A stretch of DNA of 64,000 nucleotides, taken from positions 3,944 to 67,943 of the forward strand of contig JAXJTR010000092.1 of the NCBI GenBank assembly GCA_036309465.1, in the 5' to 3' direction. The DNA is from Acutalibacteraceae bacterium. Lineage in GTDB: Bacteria > Bacillota > Clostridia > Oscillospirales > Acutalibacteraceae. Every line of letters begins with the position of its first letter. Positions within the stretch are counted from its first letter, which is position 1. A program made the position numbers and the translations under genes. Below the pieces are notes generated by a model. The model was given only the letters and a program-made list of their open reading frames with translations, did no database searches and was not told where the DNA came from. Below, in pieces: positions 61,007 through 64,000 of this stretch.

Positions 61007-61171
61007 TTAATACTTCAAATAAATACAAGCTTTTACTCCAATATTGTTTTTATAGTATCTACAAAATTCTGTTTCTTCGATTAAAAGATAACTTTCCTTT
61101 TCTAATCTGTTTTCAATATTTTTCATTTCTTTACACGAATAAGCTGTGTATTCTTGAGATACAAACATCAT
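61007..61171 (-). CDS. Possible small protein (54 aa), first ORF behind promoter copy 3; absent from the ORF track
   Basis: Hand translation MMFVSQEYTAYSCKEMKNIENRLEKESYLLIEETEFCRYYKNNIGVKACIYLKY. AGGGGGG lies upstream. Confidence 0.3.
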   Translation of the reverse strand: MMFVSQEYTAYSCKEMKNIENRLEKESYLLIEETEFCRYYKNNIGVKACIYLKY

Positions 61172-61189
61172 ATCCCCCCTATGTTACAA

Positions 61190-61232
61190 ATTGTACCATA
61201 TTCGGAACTAAAAAGCAATATAAACTGTGAAA
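61190..61232 (-). promoter_or_regulatory. Promoter TTGCTT-17-TACAAT with CCGAATATGG spacer element and TTTTCACAG box (copy 3 of 3)
   Basis: -10 is 61190-61195, the imperfect palindrome 61196-61205 and the -35 61213-61218 (minus strand). Confidence 0.6.
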
Positions 61233-61268
61233 ATCAAGAAATATTTTTTTGATACGCAGAATTTAATA

Positions 61269-61380
61269 TTTACAACCTTTCATTTTTTTGGTATAATATG
61301 CTTATACTAAAAATGCTTACAAGTACAATTTTTACATATAGATGGAAAAACAAACAGTGATTATTTGCTGTTTGTTTTTT
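61269..61380 (+). promoter_or_regulatory. Promoter TTTACA-17-TGgTATAAT, then a ~50-nt leader and an intrinsic terminator just before the 61399 gene (attenuator-like)
   Basis: -35 is 61269-61274 and -10 is 61292-61297. Stem AAACAAACAG (61348-61357) pairs with CTGTTTGTTT (61368-61377), followed by TTTCTTT. ATG is at 61399. Confidence 0.5.
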
Positions 61381-61398
61381 CTTTAAAAAGAGGTACAA

Positions 61399-62289
61399 AT
61401 GGAAAACAATATATCAATAAAAAACGCACTAAAAAAAACAAATATTGAAATAGATAGTAATTTTCTTAATAAAATTTGGAGTAAAATGATTAACGAAACT
61501 AACGGAAAATTAGTTCCACCATTATTTGGTGAATTTATTATTTCCGTAAAAATACACAACAAAATATATAATGATATGAAAGCTTGTCTTATTGAAGAAG
61601 GCATTATTTTTCCTAACACTGATAAAGAAAAAGCAGATGCTCACATAAACAAAGCAATACAGAATATGATTGGAGAAGTACGACACGATTTTGTTGAAAT
61701 ATATTATGTTAAATACTTATCAGCCACAAGATTAACGTTGATATATTTTGATGGTATACAATATAAAAAGAGAATTAATGTCGAGCTAGAATATAAGTGC
61801 GAAAATTCTGCTTATGATATAAAAATTGTTTCTTTTAGTGAAAACTATTTTAAAGATAATTTTGATAAATCCTTGTCTACCGAAGAAAATACAGAAAAAA
61901 TCGTGAATGATATGTTTTATTTAGTGAGAGTAGTATCTCATTATATGTTAACATATAATCCAGATGTTGAATATAAGGAAGCAACAGCATCCGAACTTAA
62001 ACGTTCAACAGACAAATCTGGCAACTATAAAAAAAATCATAATAAAGGGTACTCTCAAACTATTAAATTGATTTCAAAGAAAACTAAATATACTATTAAT
62101 GACGAAACAAACAAACGAAACCAACAAATATTAAAAAAATACCATTATCACAAAAAAAGTTGGTTCGTAAGAGGTTATTACCAAAGATTTGGTAAAGACA
62201 AGGTTATTAAATTTGTTCCACCTAGAATTAACTACCGTAATGATGATAAAATTAGTCCTTCCCCTGCAAAATATATAATAAAAGAATAA
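61399..62289 (+). CDS. Hypothetical basic protein
   Basis: RBS is AAAAGAGG. 296 aa with a K/R-rich C-terminal part. Confidence 0.55.
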   Translation: MENNISIKNALKKTNIEIDSNFLNKIWSKMINETNGKLVPPLFGEFIISVKIHNKIYNDMKACLIEEGIIFPNTDKEKADAHINKAIQNMIGEVRHDFVEIYYVKYLSATRLTLIYFDGIQYKKRINVELEYKCENSAYDIKIVSFSENYFKDNFDKSLSTEENTEKIVNDMFYLVRVVSHYMLTYNPDVEYKEATASELKRSTDKSGNYKKNHNKGYSQTIKLISKKTKYTINDETNKRNQQILKKYHYHKKSWFVRGYYQRFGKDKVIKFVPPRINYRNDDKISPSPAKYIIKE

Positions 62290-62292
62290 TAT

Positions 62293-63441
62293 TTAATCGA
62301 AAATATCATATCTATCAAATGCAGTTATATCATAGCTTGTCCCTGTCCCTGCTGATAATTGACAACAAGGTATACTTACCCCTTGTGTGTATAAACAAGT
62401 GATTATATATTGTCTTAAATTAATAATTTTTTTGTGATTTACTGTATTGATAATCTTCTCTATATGCTCTGAACGAAGCTGGTTCAGAGCTTTTTTTACT
62501 TCAACAAATGGTATTTTTATTCCCTGAATGTATATATCTTTTTTATTATGATTTATATAGAAATTAGCAAGTAGTAAAACAATAAAATTTAACAGCCTGT
62601 TATTATTTCTGCTCTCTAGATATTTATAATTAATTTGTTTTTTCACTTCGGAAATAGAGATAGTTAACTCAGTATTATTTATCTCAGTCTTAGTATTAGT
62701 ATAGGTGGTGTCAAAATCAAATATCTTAGATGGTTCATTTTTCGTAGTATAGGTGGTGTCAAAATTAAACATCTCTTTGTTACTTGAATGTTTTTCTTCG
62801 TCCTTTTTTTCATTTGAGTTTGTGCTATTATCATTAATAAAATATATTCTTGATGGTTTGCCGTTTCCATATCTAACTGTTCTTATAAATTTATTGCTTA
62901 CTAATGATTTAAACATCTGAATAACCTTTTTCTTGCCGATATTAAAAATCTCGGCAATTTTTATTTGCTTAAAAGAAACATATACTTCATTGTTATTATC
63001 TACCCAGTTATTTGAAATTGATTTTTCAAGTCTGTTTTTCAATAAGTATAACAATAGCATTTCCCCTATTGTTAACTTTGTTTCTTTTTCCGAAAATTGT
63101 TTTGGAATTTTTACAAATGAACATTTTGCCATAGTGTCATTAATATAAATGCGAGCTGGTTGTCCATATCCTTGTCTTTTTCTAGTTATTAGATTACTCT
63201 TTTCTAGTTCTTTAAATAAAGATATTGCCTTGTTATCTCCAATTTTTAATATCTTTGTTACTTCACTTTGAGAACAAATAAGAAATATATTTTTATCCTT
63301 ATCCATCATTTTTTTAGTTTTTGATAAACAGTATCTATCTAATAAGAAAGCGAATAAATAACGAGCTTCTATTGAAAGATAACAGTAATCATAAAACAAT
63401 CGAACAGGGAATTTAATAAACTTTGCATCCAGTACCGCCAT
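62293..63441 (-). CDS. repA: RepA_N-type plasmid replication initiator
   Basis: N-terminus is FIKFPVRLFYDYCYLSIEARYLFAFLLDRYCLS, the Firmicutes RepA_N pattern, followed by tandem wHTH-like segments. Internal 21-bp direct repeats and flanking iterons. Confidence 0.7.
   Translation of the reverse strand: MAVLDAKFIKFPVRLFYDYCYLSIEARYLFAFLLDRYCLSKTKKMMDKDKNIFLICSQSEVTKILKIGDNKAISLFKELEKSNLITRKRQGYGQPARIYINDTMAKCSFVKIPKQFSEKETKLTIGEMLLLYLLKNRLEKSISNNWVDNNNEVYVSFKQIKIAEIFNIGKKKVIQMFKSLVSNKFIRTVRYGNGKPSRIYFINDNSTNSNEKKDEEKHSSNKEMFNFDTTYTTKNEPSKIFDFDTTYTNTKTEINNTELTISISEVKKQINYKYLESRNNNRLLNFIVLLLANFYINHNKKDIYIQGIKIPFVEVKKALNQLRSEHIEKIINTVNHKKIINLRQYIITCLYTQGVSIPCCQLSAGTGTSYDITAFDRYDIFD
62697..62765. 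repeat. Two perfect 21-bp direct repeats inside repA
   Basis: TAGTATAGGTGGTGTCAAAAT at 62697-62717 and 62745-62765, a 48-bp period. Confidence 0.8.
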
Positions 63442-63489
63442 AAGTATAACCTCTTTCTTTTATATTACATAACGTCTAAAAATGGTTGC

Positions 63490-63638
63490 ACAAAACCAAG
63501 CCATCACACTTGTATTTTTTTCAAAATACAAGTATCGTGTAGCTCATAGATAATTGATTATTGCTTAATTTTCCTACAAAAAGGGTAAACAAAACCAAGC
63601 CATTATCAAAATTAATTTTTTAGTATGAATTTTGATAA
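63490..63638. promoter_or_regulatory. repA upstream control region: two ACAAAACCAAGCCAT direct repeats, each followed by an 11-bp-arm inverted repeat
   Basis: Direct repeats at 63490-63504 and 63589-63603. IR ACTTGTATTTT/AAAATACAAGT at 63508-63533. IR TTATCAAAATT/AATTTTGATAA at 63604-63638. Confidence 0.55.
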
Positions 63639-63686
63639 TAACTTTTTTGATATTTAATGATTATAATTACACTACAAATTTTTTTC

Positions 63687-63740
63687 TAATTGACTACATT
63701 CATTTGCAATGAAGTATTTAATTGACTACATTCATTTGCA
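63687..63740 (+). promoter_or_regulatory. Two direct 22-bp boxes TAATTGACTACATTCATTTGCA (copies 3 and 4), 32 bp apart, just upstream of a strong promoter
   Basis: Boxes at 63687-63708 and 63719-63740. Confidence 0.65.
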
Positions 63741-63748
63741 AATATTCA

Positions 63749-63777
63749 TTGACAACAAAGTATAGTTGTAGTATAAT
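63749..63777 (+). promoter_or_regulatory. Consensus promoter TTGACA-17-TATAAT reading toward the iteron array
   Basis: -35 is 63749-63754 and -10 is 63772-63777. No ORF lies downstream within the window. Confidence 0.6.
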
Positions 63778-63892
63778 TATAGTTAACAAATGGGATACAC
63801 AAGCCAATCTGCTTGGGTGTTTCCAATAATAAACAAACTAAAACCATTGTAAGTTATTGAATATTGAATATTGGATTTTTAATTTTTGATTT

Positions 63893-64000
63893 GTAAACTA
63901 AATTATTTTGTCAATAATTTAATTTTCAAACAAACTAAATTATTGCAAGCTAAATTATTGCAAGCTAAATTATTACAAGCTAAATTATTGCAAGCTAAAT
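63893..64000. repeat. Iteron-like tandem 15-bp repeats (CAAGCTAAATTATTG) running off the window end
   Basis: Contiguous units at 63931, 63946, 63961, 63976 and 63991 (last one partial). A degenerate copy GTAAACTAAATTATT lies at 63893. Confidence 0.8.

Noticed and set aside
60997-61230. A 77-aa plus-strand ORF
   Set aside because: It is antisense to the small minus-strand ORF and to promoter copy 3. It has no RBS and shows hydrophobic shadow-frame composition.
63931-64000. Regular short repeats at the window end as a possible CRISPR array
   Set aside because: The units are contiguous 15-mers with no spacers, they lie next to a rep gene, and no cas genes are present. Iterons are the simpler explanation.
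1-64000. A search for tRNA, rRNA, IS/transposase genes, reverse transcriptase/retron, group II intron, restriction endonuclease, sortase and cas genes
   Set aside because: None was recognised by motif reading on either strand. Absence cannot be proven without profile searches.

Overview
AT-rich, almost fully coding window that reads as the backbone of a Firmicutes-type conjugative plasmid (or ICE-like element). Layout: 1-20.2 kb holds a Gram-positive type IV secretion/conjugation operon: ester-bond repeat adhesin, VirB2/VirB6/PrgI/VirB4-like proteins, a cell-wall-hydrolase-like protein, a lipoprotein and topoisomerase III. 20.2-24.6 kb holds small accessory genes, mostly on the minus strand. 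24.7-45.8 kb is a strictly unidirectional establishment island resembling a leading region: AAA+/HExxH-VWA pair, orphan m6A methyltransferase, ART-like protein, Rad52-like protein, HD hydrolase, primase, clamp-like protein, MazF-like toxin, SSB, DUF932-like protein, YqaJ exonuclease, RecD2 helicase and a tyrosine integrase. 46-55.5 kb holds an HTH regulator, ParA/ParB, two wHTH Replic_Relax-like proteins and the coupling protein. 55.7-62.3 kb holds small genes. 62.3-64.0 kb holds a RepA_N-type initiator with iterons that run off the window. The most unusual signal is non-coding. A roughly 240-nt module running from promoter to intrinsic terminator occurs four times (24.7, 32.65, 38.05 and 55.66 kb), each time heading an establishment operon. 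Its hairpins are conserved, with compensatory and G-U changes on the plus strand. I could not match it to an RNA family I know. Other repeated regulatory architecture: a 3-copy promoter/operator, a 4-copy TTTTCAC + TTTGCC-N4-GGCAAA box, a 4-copy 22-bp box, two candidate oriT hairpin regions and a short attenuator-like leader. No canonical relaxase, rRNA, tRNA, CRISPR array or IS element was recognised. All functional calls come from motif reading by eye and none was checked against a database.
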